From Candidatus Adlerbacteria bacterium (GTDB lineage Bacteria > Patescibacteriota > Minisyncoccia > Phycocordibacterales > SBAW01): 36,883 bases of DNA. Where the stretch lies: the NCBI GenBank assembly GCA_043739595.1, contig JAYUDS010000026.1:1-36883 (forward strand), read 5' to 3'. Each line of letters starts with the position of its first letter. Positions within the stretch are counted from its first letter, which is position 1. Below the pieces are notes generated by a model. It was not told where the DNA came from and did not search any database. It saw only the letters and a program-made list of their open reading frames with translations. This document shows positions 17,818 through 26,945 of the stretch, piece after piece. The position numbers and the translations under genes are program-made.

Positions 17818-18159
17818 TTAGTTTTCGATGACGAGCATTTTTATACGCTCTTTCTGAATACGGTTTTTTGGGAGCATACCAAGCACTGCTTTGCGTATCG
17901 CTTCCTTTTCCCCTTTGCGCGCGGTGAGCATAGCATAAGTCTCGATTTTTTGCCCGCCTGGGTAGCCAGAGTACCGAACGTATTCCTTACCCTGCTTTTT
18001 GTTGCCCGACACTCGTACGCGAGTTGCGTTGATGATTTTGACACCATCTCGCTTGACTACGTTCTTGGCGAAGTCGGCTTCATGCTTGCCTAAAAGAGCC
18101 TTCGCGGCTGCGCTGGCTACTCGGCCCAATGTTTGGTCTGCTGCATCAATAGTTATCAT
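17818..18159 (-). CDS. rplM: 50S ribosomal protein L13 (short form)
   Basis: 'IDAADQTLGRVASAAAKALLGKH' and 'GMLPKN'. At 113 aa it lacks the terminal extensions of the E. coli-type protein. Confidence 0.92.
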   Translation of the reverse strand: MITIDAADQTLGRVASAAAKALLGKHEADFAKNVVKRDGVKIINATRVRVSGNKKQGKEYVRYSGYPGGQKIETYAMLTARKGEKEAIRKAVLGMLPKNRIQKERIKMLVIEN

Positions 18160-18162
18160 AAT

Positions 18163-18510
18163 TTATACAAATTCAATCACGGCCATAGGGCTTGCGTCAC
18201 CTTTGCGGGGCCCCATCTTCACTATGCGTAAATATCCACCTGGTCGTTCCTTATAAGTTTCAGCTGTGAGAATAAGCTTGTTTGCAGTCTCAATATCTCC
18301 AAGTGCAGACAAGAGCATGCGGCGGTTAGCAAGCGTATCTGTCTTGCCGCGGGTAAGCAGCTTCTCAACCATAGGACGAACCTCCTTTGCGCGTGCTACG
18401 GTAGTTTGAATACGGCCACGCAGGACAAGAGAACGAGCTAAAGAGCGCATAAGCGCGCGGCGCTCGTCTGTCTTTCGCCCAAATTTCCGATTTACATTAC
18501 CGTGACGCAT
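18163..18510 (-). CDS. rplQ: 50S ribosomal protein L17
   Basis: 'MRHGNVNRKFGRKTDERRALMRSLARSL...IQTTVARAKEVRP'. Confidence 0.93.
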   Translation of the reverse strand: MRHGNVNRKFGRKTDERRALMRSLARSLVLRGRIQTTVARAKEVRPMVEKLLTRGKTDTLANRRMLLSALGDIETANKLILTAETYKERPGGYLRIVKMGPRKGDASPMAVIEFV

Positions 18511-18517
18511 ATAATTA

Positions 18518-19489
18518 TTATTTCAAGACTATACCAAAGTTTGCCAAAGCGCGCTTTATCTCTTGAATTGCCTTTGGTCCCAAGCCGTCCACCTCCAAAA
18601 GATCTTCCTCTTTCTTGCGAGCTAATCCACCTACGGTGCGAATGTTTGCTTTCTCAAGTGCAGACACGGTGCGGCTTGAAAGATCGAGGTCTTCGATACG
18701 GGTCTTCATAGCCTCTGAGTTGTCTGCGGTGTTACTTCCAGCGTTTATGTCAGTGGTGTTTGGAGCCTGAACTTGCGGCGGCTGAACAAGTTCTTCTTCA
18801 CGGAAACCAACAATAGCTTTGAGTTGCGTAATCATTACTTCAATTGACTGCTCGAGGGCTGCACGGGGCTCAATCGTACCATCAGTTTCAATTGAAATCC
18901 GAAGACGGTTGAAGTCTGTGCGGTCGCCGACACGCATGTTTTCTACTTCGTAGTTTGCGCGACGAATAGGAGAAAAAGCGGCATCAACAGAAATTTCGCC
19001 AATTTCCACGCGGTCCTTCTTAAGCGCTTCTCGAGAGACATAACCAAGACCTCTTTCAACACGGAACTCTGCCTCTATTTTTGTGTCTTTATCTGTTAGC
19101 TCACAAATGTAGGCATTTGGGTTAAGAAGCCGAACTTGTCCAGGGAGGGTAAGGTCGGCCCCTGATACTTTCTTTGGTCCTTTGGTTGAGAGTACGACTA
19201 CCTGCGGCTCGGAGGTAAGCACCTCGAACCGAAGTTTACGAAGGTTAAGAAGAAGTGTCACCACGTCTTCTCGTACACCACTCAGTGTTGAAAACTCATG
19301 TTCAACACCATCGATCTTTACGCTTGTAATTGCGGCACCAGGAAGAGATGAAAGAATTATACGACGGAGGCTGTTGCCAAGCGTGTGGCCATAACCCGGG
19401 TACAGACCGTCGATCTCGTACGTCCCCGCATGTTCCTCTTCAGAAACGATGCGTGGCTTGCTAGGCAATGTTATAGAATACTCCATCAT
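18518..19489 (-). CDS. rpoA: DNA-directed RNA polymerase alpha subunit
   Basis: N-terminal 'GHTLGNSLRRILLSSLPGAA'-type motif and a C-terminal domain with 'LDLSSRTVSALEKANIRTVGGL'. Canonical position between rpsD and rplQ. Confidence 0.95.
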   Translation of the reverse strand: MMEYSITLPSKPRIVSEEEHAGTYEIDGLYPGYGHTLGNSLRRIILSSLPGAAITSVKIDGVEHEFSTLSGVREDVVTLLLNLRKLRFEVLTSEPQVVVLSTKGPKKVSGADLTLPGQVRLLNPNAYICELTDKDTKIEAEFRVERGLGYVSREALKKDRVEIGEISVDAAFSPIRRANYEVENMRVGDRTDFNRLRISIETDGTIEPRAALEQSIEVMITQLKAIVGFREEELVQPPQVQAPNTTDINAGSNTADNSEAMKTRIEDLDLSSRTVSALEKANIRTVGGLARKKEEDLLEVDGLGPKAIQEIKRALANFGIVLK

Positions 19490-19518
19490 ATAGATTTTGA
19501 GATGAAAATGGCTAAATA

Positions 19519-20130
19519 TTAACGGCTATAGAATTGGATGATGACCGGAGCGTTGAACTGAAGTTCAGTCTCCTGGACAGCTGGGGCACTCGTCACAGTA
19601 ACACTCATACCTCCCTCTTCCATTTGCATCCATTTTGGAGTTTGTATTTCGGCTACTTGCTCGTTTCGGTTGGCAAACAATGCCCCTGTGCGACTCTCGG
19701 GACGCGCAGCTACACTATCGTCAATGTCTACTCGGTGCGAAGGAACGTTCATTCTCTTGCCGTTAACAGTAATATGGCCATGAGAGACAAGCTGGCGGGC
19801 CATGCGGCGTGTACGTGCAAAACCGGCGCGGTATACAACATTGTCGAGGCGAGCTTCCAGACGAGCAACAAGGTTAGAAGCGGAAGTGCCACCTTTCTTT
19901 TCCATTGCTTCAAACACATAGCGAGAAAATTGAGACTCAGAAAGTCCGTATGTAAAACGAGCTTTTTGTTTTTCAATAAGCTGAGCGCCAAAGTCACTGC
20001 CGCCTCCGCGTTTGCCGCGAGTTTTGCGAGGAGCTCGTGTTTCTGCAAGCTGATATTTAGGCGTTTGGCACTTCTCAAAAACTGAGGCGCCTAGTCGCTT
20101 ACAAATTTTATATTTTGGTCCAATTATCAT
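19519..20130 (-). CDS. rpsD: 30S ribosomal protein S4
   Basis: 'GPKYKICKRLG', 'LEARLDNVVYRAGFARTRRMARQLVSHGHITVNGKR'. Confidence 0.95.
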   Translation of the reverse strand: MIIGPKYKICKRLGASVFEKCQTPKYQLAETRAPRKTRGKRGGGSDFGAQLIEKQKARFTYGLSESQFSRYVFEAMEKKGGTSASNLVARLEARLDNVVYRAGFARTRRMARQLVSHGHITVNGKRMNVPSHRVDIDDSVAARPESRTGALFANRNEQVAEIQTPKWMQMEEGGMSVTVTSAPAVQETELQFNAPVIIQFYSR

Positions 20131-20137
20131 AAATGTT

Positions 20138-20566
20138 TTATACGCGTCGCGGCTTAGGTGGGCGTGGTCCGTTGTGCGGCACTGGGGTCATGTCCTTGAT
20201 GCCGCCAATGCCGATGCCCTTAGTAACAAAAGCACGGATAGACGACTCACGACCGGCACCGACTCCTGATACAATAACGGAAACTTCCTTGATACCCATA
20301 GCAATCGCTTTGTCAGCCAAAAGTTCGCCTACTTTGGCTGCTGCGAATGGAGTGCCTTTTTTAGCACCAGAAAAACCGAGGCTACCGCTTGATGACCAGG
20401 CAACTACATTGCCCTTCTCATCTGCTAGAGAAACCTTAGTGTTGTTGTAAGTAGCTTCCACATACAAACGTCCCACATCGAGCTTACGCTTGGATGCTCT
20501 GCTTGCTGTGGAGCGGCTACCTGCTCCATCATCTCCCCCTTTTTTTACGATTCGTTTCTTACCCAT
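20138..20566 (-). CDS. rpsK: 30S ribosomal protein S11
   Basis: 'YNNTKVSLADEKGNVVAWSSSG', 'GAKKGTPFAA' and a C-terminal 'TPVPHNGPRPPKPRRV'. Confidence 0.95.
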   Translation of the reverse strand: MGKKRIVKKGGDDGAGSRSTASRASKRKLDVGRLYVEATYNNTKVSLADEKGNVVAWSSSGSLGFSGAKKGTPFAAAKVGELLADKAIAMGIKEVSVIVSGVGAGRESSIRAFVTKGIGIGGIKDMTPVPHNGPRPPKPRRV

Positions 20567-20595
20567 AGGTATAATCAGTAGTTTTACAATATATT

Positions 20596-20973
20596 TTAGG
20601 TTTTTTCAACCTTTCGACGACCCGAGCCCATTGTCTTACGAACATTTCCCCTCACAGTGCGAGAGTTCGTCTTGGTGCGCTGCCCTCGTACTGGCAGACG
20701 ACGAGCGTGTCTCGAACCGCGGTATGAACCAATATCCTTAAGCCTCTTCACATTCCCGGCCACTTCACGCTTGAGGTCTCCTTCAAGTTTGAAACGTTCG
20801 ATAACGCGGCGGATCTCATTTTCCTCTTCTGCTGTGAGGTCGTCGGCACGCTTAGTTGTGTCTATTTTCGTTTCTTTACAAATTGCTTCAGCACGTGAAA
20901 GACCTATTCCATACAGCGCAGTAAGCGCATAGGTTAGTCGTTTGTTTGGAAGTGTAATACCTGAGATACGCAT
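20596..20973 (-). CDS. rpsM: 30S ribosomal protein S13
   Basis: 'MRISGITLPNKRL...YALTALYGIG', 'YRGSRHARRLPVRGQRTKTN'. The track ORF adds 16 spurious residues that would overlap rpmJ. Confidence 0.93.
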   Translation of the reverse strand: MRISGITLPNKRLTYALTALYGIGLSRAEAICKETKIDTTKRADDLTAEEENEIRRVIERFKLEGDLKREVAGNVKRLKDIGSYRGSRHARRLPVRGQRTKTNSRTVRGNVRKTMGSGRRKVEKT

Positions 20974-20977
20974 AAAA

Positions 20978-21091
20978 TTATCCTTGACGCTGCTTATGAC
21001 GTGGGTTTTCGCAAATGACATATACTCGTCCTTTTCGTCTAAGGAGTTTGCATTTCATACAACGAGCTTTAAGTGATGCTTTAACTTTCAT
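20978..21091 (-). CDS. rpmJ: 50S ribosomal protein L36
   Basis: Not in the ORF track because it is only 37 aa. My translation is [37 protein letters not shown]. It sits in the canonical slot between infA and rpsM. Confidence 0.9.
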   Translation of the reverse strand: MKVKASLKARCMKCKLLRRKGRVYVICENPRHKQRQG

Positions 21092-21095
21092 TTGG

Positions 21096-21305
21096 TTATA
21101 ACCTTCGGGTGATGCGCCCTTTGCCGCCATAAGGGTCAAGTTTTAGAAGAACTCGGTCTCCTACTAACACTTTGATCCTATGGAGTCTCATTTTTCCAGC
21201 CAGATACGCCAAAATAACTTCTTTTGATTCGAGTGATACTCGAAAAAGTGTATTAGGCAAGGCTTCCTCAATGGTGCCCTGCACTTCTTGTGCTTCATTC
21301 TCCAT
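21096..21305 (-). CDS. infA: Translation initiation factor IF-1
   Basis: S1-like 69-aa protein with 'LPNTLFRV...[21 protein letters not shown]...DPY...GRITRR'. Confidence 0.93.
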   Translation of the reverse strand: MENEAQEVQGTIEEALPNTLFRVSLESKEVILAYLAGKMRLHRIKVLVGDRVLLKLDPYGGKGRITRRL

Positions 21306-21324
21306 TTAACAAGTGACAAAATTC

Positions 21325-21353
21325 ATCATAGCAGAGACCTATCTGTGGGTCAA
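21325..21353 (-). promoter_or_regulatory. Sigma70-like promoter candidate for the infA-rpsI operon
   Basis: On the minus strand, TTGACC (21348-21353), a 17-nt spacer, then TATGAT (21325-21330), about 20 nt before the infA ATG. Confidence 0.4.
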
Positions 21354-21370
21354 ATATGTTGATTACACAC

Positions 21371-22669
21371 TTACTGCGTAACTACTATTGATAGTTTTGC
21401 TGGCTCTATTGGAAAAGTTGCCTTCCAAAAGGGTCGAATACTGGCAGATGCACGACTAATTGATGGTTCAAAACCTTTAATAATTACTTGGAAGTCCGAC
21501 TTATTTTTTCCCAAAAGTCCTTGTTTTAAGGCCTGTTGGTCAAATTGCCACACTAACGTGGCGGTTCCCCCAATTGAAAGGTTTAAGGGTCCAGTAGTAC
21601 TGCTCGCTATCTTAGTGGCTAACGATAGACTTATTTGTGAAGAACTAGAAAACGCTATAGCTTCATTTTTATATTCAGAAAGATTTTTTGCTAATGCCAG
21701 TGCAATATCGTTAGTACGGACGATGGCTAAAGTTGCGGTGGTGCTTTGCGATAGTATAACGGTGCTGTTGGGACCTGGATTTTGCGCGATATTTGTATAT
21801 GACACTCCCAACGAGCCGTTAACTTCAATAAAACCATCTGGAACTTGAGAAGTTGCTACCGATCGAATGCTCGAATCGAGTTGGCGTTTCAACTCGTTTT
21901 CTGCAGTCGCCCTATCTACAGGAGAGACTGCGGCCTCATCGCCAATAAAACCATTAGCTATAGGTCCTTGTGATTGCGCTACGAACTTGGTGTAGCGGGG
22001 GTCGCCTTTAAATCCAGCAATATTGAGCGGTATAGAACTTTGCTGATTGTAGGCAGGGCCGGCTTTTTCAGCAAATATAGATGCCGTAATAGTCCCTGGT
22101 GTAGCTGACCCGTCAGCTTTTTTTATCATACCCGGTACTGAAACGGTGTCTTTTAAACGATATATTCTACCGTCGGCCGTTATAAGACGAGTATTTGCAA
22201 TCAGTTGTTGAGGTGTTGGCCCGAAAGTATTGTAGATAGTGACAATTCCAGTGGCTGTTCGAGAAACATGCTGAGTGCCATTTGCTGCTACCGTCGTTGT
22301 TGCTGTCTGGGTGGCGGTAATAGTTTGGTATGACAAAGAACCGGTGGGTGCGTTTGGGTGGGCCACTATTGTCACGGGTGTAGTTATGGAAGCGGACTTT
22401 GGTGTGACAGTTACCGTCGCGCCCTCGAATATGGTTGAAAGAAGGAACCCAAGCGCACCGCAAAGTACGACGATACCTCCTAGCCACCACCATATACGGC
22501 CCCTGCGACGTCGAGGGAGTTTTGGTCGCCCCGGTGGAGGGCCTTCAGTATTTTCGTCTTCATCGTAATACTCCTCCCGAACTTGTGGTGACACCGGTGC
22601 CTTTCGGTGGGTTCCAGCAACCGGAATTTTGCGGATGGAACGGTCCCCTGGTGGTATCATGTCTCGCAT
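21371..22669 (-). CDS. Bitopic membrane protein with a large Thr/Ser-rich extracytoplasmic region, function unknown
   Basis: The cytoplasmic N-terminus reads 'MRDMIPPGDRSIRKIP...' with an acidic stretch, then PRRRRGRIWWW. One TM follows (LGGIVVLCGALGFLLSTIF), then about 350 aa that look beta-rich. The start at 22669 (M10 of the track ORF) avoids overlapping the upstream gene. Confidence 0.6.
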   Translation of the reverse strand: MRDMIPPGDRSIRKIPVAGTHRKAPVSPQVREEYYDEDENTEGPPPGRPKLPRRRRGRIWWWLGGIVVLCGALGFLLSTIFEGATVTVTPKSASITTPVTIVAHPNAPTGSLSYQTITATQTATTTVAANGTQHVSRTATGIVTIYNTFGPTPQQLIANTRLITADGRIYRLKDTVSVPGMIKKADGSATPGTITASIFAEKAGPAYNQQSSIPLNIAGFKGDPRYTKFVAQSQGPIANGFIGDEAAVSPVDRATAENELKRQLDSSIRSVATSQVPDGFIEVNGSLGVSYTNIAQNPGPNSTVILSQSTTATLAIVRTNDIALALAKNLSEYKNEAIAFSSSSQISLSLATKIASSTTGPLNLSIGGTATLVWQFDQQALKQGLLGKNKSDFQVIIKGFEPSISRASASIRPFWKATFPIEPAKLSIVVTQ

Positions 22670-22676
22670 ATAGTAA

Positions 22677-23687
22677 CTATATACCACTATTGTCACTGGC
22701 GTGACCGGCGCTTATAAACATTGTTTCCAACATGAGGTGCAAATCAGGAGCTTCAGCATGGGCTGCAAGGTACGGTATGCAATGTTTAGGCCGCAAAGTG
22801 CGCACTACTCCCCCGTCGGGGAAAAGCGCTGTTGACCGGTCGTTTCCAGTAAGCGCCTTAGCAAACCAATCTCCAACAGTTTCGGGCGCTAGGACTAAAA
22901 TTGTTCGGGCGTGGCTTACTTCAAGCAGGTCTTCTGCGGCGTCTGAAAATTCTTCTGCAAAGTGTCTAGCTGATGCGCCCATGGGCTCGTAATACGGGTG
23001 TGAATGCGTATTTTCCAGGTGCAGAAGACGTAGTGCGGAGAGTGCTTCTTGAAGGCTTAATCCCGCATGGCTTTGTAAAGTCCGAAGTACTGTGTGAAGT
23101 CCAAACGGTATAGTAGCGCGCCCAAGGACCAGGCCTTGGTCAACTAATACAAGTTCAATTACCTCGCCCGTTACTATACAAAGAAGAGTCTCCTCTTCTG
23201 AAAAGGCAAAGGCAGCGCTTGCGGCAGCACGACTAAAGGGGTGAGCAAGAATTTGCACGTCAACTGCGAAAATATGTGCGTTTTTCTGAAGCAGAGAAAG
23301 TATTTCGGGTTCATAGTCCCATTGCAACCCTTTTTCGCCAATAGAGCTGCGTGCCCATGGAGCAGACAAAAAGATACGTGCCTCAGTAATATGTCCCATT
23401 GCGGCGGTTTCTGGATTGTGCCGCATGCGCGCGGCAACTTCACTGGTATGTGCAAGCGCCTCTTTTATCGTACTGTCAATTTTGTATGCCAACTCTTGGC
23501 TTGAGATGGGGTGGAATACAGGAAGTTGCACGCGGCGCTCACCAAATAGTCGTGGAGGTTCTTTTTTTGAAATTCGTGCAAGTGCTGAGGCGACGCTGCC
23601 GTTCTCGACATCGATAAACAAAAAAGTTTTATCACTTTTTGAAATACTTTTCTGCCTACCTGCAGACAGGCCAAAGAGCGCGGACAT
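22677..23687 (-). CDS. Hypothetical cytoplasmic protein, possibly a degenerate actin-like (ASKHA, FtsA/PilM-like) fold
   Basis: 'FLFIDVENGSVASAL' resembles the phosphate-1 motif. 'LLCIVTGEVIELVLVD..G....TIPFG' and 'ILVLAPETVGDWF' sit where the phosphate-2 and adenosine motifs would be but lack the DxG and GG residues. Pattern recognition only. Confidence 0.5.
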   Translation of the reverse strand: MSALFGLSAGRQKSISKSDKTFLFIDVENGSVASALARISKKEPPRLFGERRVQLPVFHPISSQELAYKIDSTIKEALAHTSEVAARMRHNPETAAMGHITEARIFLSAPWARSSIGEKGLQWDYEPEILSLLQKNAHIFAVDVQILAHPFSRAAASAAFAFSEEETLLCIVTGEVIELVLVDQGLVLGRATIPFGLHTVLRTLQSHAGLSLQEALSALRLLHLENTHSHPYYEPMGASARHFAEEFSDAAEDLLEVSHARTILVLAPETVGDWFAKALTGNDRSTALFPDGGVVRTLRPKHCIPYLAAHAEAPDLHLMLETMFISAGHASDNSGI

Positions 23688-23711
23688 GCAGATATTGTAT
23701 CACTAGAAAAA

Positions 23712-25634
23712 TTACTCCAACACGGCGCGAATGCGGCGGACGCCGGCGGATACCGCTTCTTCTTTCACAATTTTAAATTGTGCCTTGAGTCCTGTCGAAG
23801 GGTTGTCAGGTATGGTTAGCTCGCCCGTATGGGTCACGTGCGGACCACCGCAAAACTCTAGCGAAAATGCTTCTTCCAGTTGTGGATTTTCTTCGGTTGC
23901 TCCTTTGGGCCCAACGGCGTAGACCGACACACGGTCTGGGTATTTGGCGCCAAACTCGTGCTCGGCATGCAACTTCTCGGCTACTTCGCGGTCAAGTTCG
24001 TTTCGGGTCACTGGCAAGTCTTCTTGGATTTTCTCGTTTACAAGTCGCTCAACTTCTCTTTTTTGCTCATCGGTCATTTTTTCTCCCCAGTTAAAGTCGA
24101 TGCGTAGGCGCTCTTGGGTGATGTTTGAGCCCCGTTGCTTAACTGTGGGTCCAAGCACGGTCTGGAGGGCTTTTAGGAGCAAATGGTGGGCAGTGTGGAG
24201 GCGCGTGGTCTTTTCGCTAGTGTCAGCCAAGCCACCTTTAAACTTTTGCTCGCTCCCGGCACGCGAGAGGTCTTGGTGTGCTTTCAGTAGCTCCTTAAAT
24301 CCTTCAGTATCAATTTGCTTTATCCCACGCTCGCCTGCTTCCTCAATGATAAGTTCAAGTGGAAAACCGAAAGTGGTTACCAGTTGGAACGTGTCATTAG
24401 CAGAAATTGACCCATCGCTTGCAAAACGGGCTAATTCTTTTATGCCTCGAGAAAGAGTTTCTCTAAATTTTGATTCTTCTCCTGCTATGATTTGGCTGCG
24501 GTCTTCTGCGAGTTCGGGGTAGTGGTCTTTATATAGATTGGCCACAATGGTATAGAGTGCCGAAAGCGATCCTTCAGGCATACCTAGTTTGTCTGCATAC
24601 CGCACCGCACGTCGCAGCAGTCTTCGCAAAAAATATCCTCGCTCATTGTTCGAGGGAAGTACTCCGTCAGCAATAAGGAATGAAGCGGCGCGGATATGGT
24701 CGGCTATAACGCGGTACGCTCCTGTTGTGCCTTTGCTGGTGCCATACTGGACCTTCGCGCTACTTTCAATGTGTTCGACTAAAACCTTGAGAGTGCCTGT
24801 TTTAAACATATCAGACTCGTTTTCCGAGACAGCGGTAATGCGCTCGAGCCCACCGCCAAAGTCTACGTTTTGTTTTGGAAGCAGGTTAAAGGACCCGTCA
24901 GACTGCTTGATGTACTGCATAAAAACTGAGTTGCCAATCTCGAGGAAGCGCCCACAGTCACAGTTTGGGTGGCACTGAGGGCCCCATGTTGGGTCATGCG
25001 GTGTACCGAAATCGTAAAAAACTTCAGAGTCTGGGCCTCCTGGCTCTCCGACTGGCATATACTCTGGTGTGCCTGATCGACTCCACCAATTTTTTTTAGC
25101 GTCATAGTAAAAGATGCGACCACCCTGCATGCCTTTTTGGTACCCATCTTCTTCAGAACCTATGAGTACATCTAAAGCCTCTACTCCTTTTGATTCAAAA
25201 TTTTTCTTCCATATTTCTGCCGATTCTGTATCACGGGGTATATTGTTCGCTTCATCGCCGATAAATACTGTTACATATAGTTTTTGCGGGTCCAGCCCAA
25301 TGCCATGAGTCAAAAATTCAAAAAACCAGGCTAATTGTTCTTTTTTAAAATAATCACCAAGCGACCAATTGCCGAGCATTTCAAAAAAAGTTGTATGACG
25401 GTTGTCTCCAACCTCCTCTATGTCCATAGATCGAAAACACTTTTGAGAATCAACAAGCCGTGAGCCAGCTGGGTGGTTCTTTCCTAAAAGATACGGTACT
25501 AATGGCTGCATGCCGGAACCAGTAAAGAGAGTTGAAGGGTCATTCTCGGGCAGCAGCGAAGACGAAGGGATAATGGTATGTCCTTGTGCTTTAAAAAACT
25601 CCAAATATTTCGCCCGTACTTCATCGAGGGTCAT
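23712..25634 (-). CDS. alaS: Alanyl-tRNA synthetase lacking the C-Ala domain
   Basis: 'FFKAQGHTIIPSSSLLPENDPSTLFTGSGMQ', 'FFEMLGNWSLGDYFK', and editing-domain motifs 'HTAHHLL' and 'CGGPHV'. The protein ends right after 'SAGVRRIRAVLE' at 640 aa. Confidence 0.92.
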   Translation of the reverse strand: MTLDEVRAKYLEFFKAQGHTIIPSSSLLPENDPSTLFTGSGMQPLVPYLLGKNHPAGSRLVDSQKCFRSMDIEEVGDNRHTTFFEMLGNWSLGDYFKKEQLAWFFEFLTHGIGLDPQKLYVTVFIGDEANNIPRDTESAEIWKKNFESKGVEALDVLIGSEEDGYQKGMQGGRIFYYDAKKNWWSRSGTPEYMPVGEPGGPDSEVFYDFGTPHDPTWGPQCHPNCDCGRFLEIGNSVFMQYIKQSDGSFNLLPKQNVDFGGGLERITAVSENESDMFKTGTLKVLVEHIESSAKVQYGTSKGTTGAYRVIADHIRAASFLIADGVLPSNNERGYFLRRLLRRAVRYADKLGMPEGSLSALYTIVANLYKDHYPELAEDRSQIIAGEESKFRETLSRGIKELARFASDGSISANDTFQLVTTFGFPLELIIEEAGERGIKQIDTEGFKELLKAHQDLSRAGSEQKFKGGLADTSEKTTRLHTAHHLLLKALQTVLGPTVKQRGSNITQERLRIDFNWGEKMTDEQKREVERLVNEKIQEDLPVTRNELDREVAEKLHAEHEFGAKYPDRVSVYAVGPKGATEENPQLEEAFSLEFCGGPHVTHTGELTIPDNPSTGLKAQFKIVKEEAVSAGVRRIRAVLE

Positions 25635-25681
25635 AGAAATGAGCGTAACGCAAATATGAGAAAAGAAAAAGGCCGGTATTC

Positions 25682-26944
25682 CTATTCTTTTACCGGACCG
25701 GCTGCACTTTCGGACAGGAGGTCGGGGTGAAGATATTTTGTAAGGGCATTATTAACATCTTTTGCAGTAAGGCGAAGGACTTTCTTTGGGAATTCATCGA
25801 GCCGCACGACTGCGTAACCCTGGGCTATTACTTCGTGCGCGGCACGCGCTAAAGCGCCTGAATTGGCCAATTGGACGCGCATGCGGGCATCATATAGCTG
25901 TCGATGTTTCTTTGTTTCTTCTTGTGTTACACCGTCGGCGATTATCTTTTTAATTTCTCGAAGCATTGCTTCCCTGCCCTGAGTAAACAGCTGCGGCGCA
26001 AAGGTACCCCAAATGTTTATGTAGCCGTCTATTTCTTTTGTAAAACCAGAAAGGTACGCGTAAACGCCGTACGTGAGACCTTCCTCTTCTCGTACAGTTG
26101 TCATAAGGCGTCCTGTAAAGCCGCCGGGGTTACCTAATATCTGAAGCCCGAGCATGAGTGCCGGGTAGTCCTTGTGGTCGGATGTTATGCCAGTCGCATG
26201 CCCGGTCATAAAGTCAATACTCGCCTTCTGCTCGATTAAGACAAATTTCTTTTTTGCCACCCCCGGCGAAATTGTAGTAAAGGGCGGAAGTACAAAGTTC
26301 TTAACAGGGAGTTTTTTGAAATGTTTCTCAATAAGCTTATTGGCTTCTTGTGTAGTTATATTTCCAGCTAGAGAAAGTACGAGACCATTACGCCCCACCA
26401 CTCGCACATGATGCTCCATGAGTTCTTTGCAGGTAATGGTCAGGAGCGCTTCTCGCGACTCGTCGGTCGTTTCAATATAATTTGGATGCTCAGCAGTATA
26501 AAGCAGCCTTGTAAAAGCAATATCTGCCTGGGTATGAGTGTCTTGTGCTGCAAGAGAAAACGCAGCGAGATCTCGTTTCTTAAGTATTTCTAGTTCCGAA
26601 TTAGGGAAGGTCGGCTCGATAAGTGTTTCTGCAACAAAGGCTAGAAGCCGGTCGAGATGTTTTGCACGTACCCGTCCCGAAAACGAAAGACGATTTCGAC
26701 TCACTGAAAACGACAAGGATGCACCAATCGAGTCGAGAAAGAGCTGAATTTCTTTTTTATCTCGCTTCGTAGTACCTTCTGTAAGCATGGCTGAATGTAC
26801 TCTTGCTATTTGTGGATTTACCGCTGCTCGAGTTCCACCAAGTACGCTTCCTACAAACGAGACTGAACCGTAGGCAGGAAAAGCCGCAACGACGAGCGTA
26901 GCGTCCCAAGGAAGTTTTTTTTCATGAATAAGTTTTGTGTACAT
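25682..26944 (-). CDS. M16-family peptidase-like protein, non-catalytic subunit (no HxxEH)
   Basis: M16 fold-like length and context, with 'REEEGLTYGVYA'. The equivalent N-terminal region has no HxxEH. I took the start at the ATG at 26944 (MYTKLIHEK...), 1 nt after the upstream stop. Confidence 0.75.
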   Translation of the reverse strand: MYTKLIHEKKLPWDATLVVAAFPAYGSVSFVGSVLGGTRAAVNPQIARVHSAMLTEGTTKRDKKEIQLFLDSIGASLSFSVSRNRLSFSGRVRAKHLDRLLAFVAETLIEPTFPNSELEILKKRDLAAFSLAAQDTHTQADIAFTRLLYTAEHPNYIETTDESREALLTITCKELMEHHVRVVGRNGLVLSLAGNITTQEANKLIEKHFKKLPVKNFVLPPFTTISPGVAKKKFVLIEQKASIDFMTGHATGITSDHKDYPALMLGLQILGNPGGFTGRLMTTVREEEGLTYGVYAYLSGFTKEIDGYINIWGTFAPQLFTQGREAMLREIKKIIADGVTQEETKKHRQLYDARMRVQLANSGALARAAHEVIAQGYAVVRLDEFPKKVLRLTAKDVNNALTKYLHPDLLSESAAGPVKE

Positions 26945-26945
26945 A

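Noticed and set aside
21022-21095. Apparent gap between infA and the track version of rpsM that could have been taken for a regulatory spacer
   Set aside because: It is fully explained by the 37-aa rpmJ gene (20978-21091) once the rpsM start is moved to 20973.
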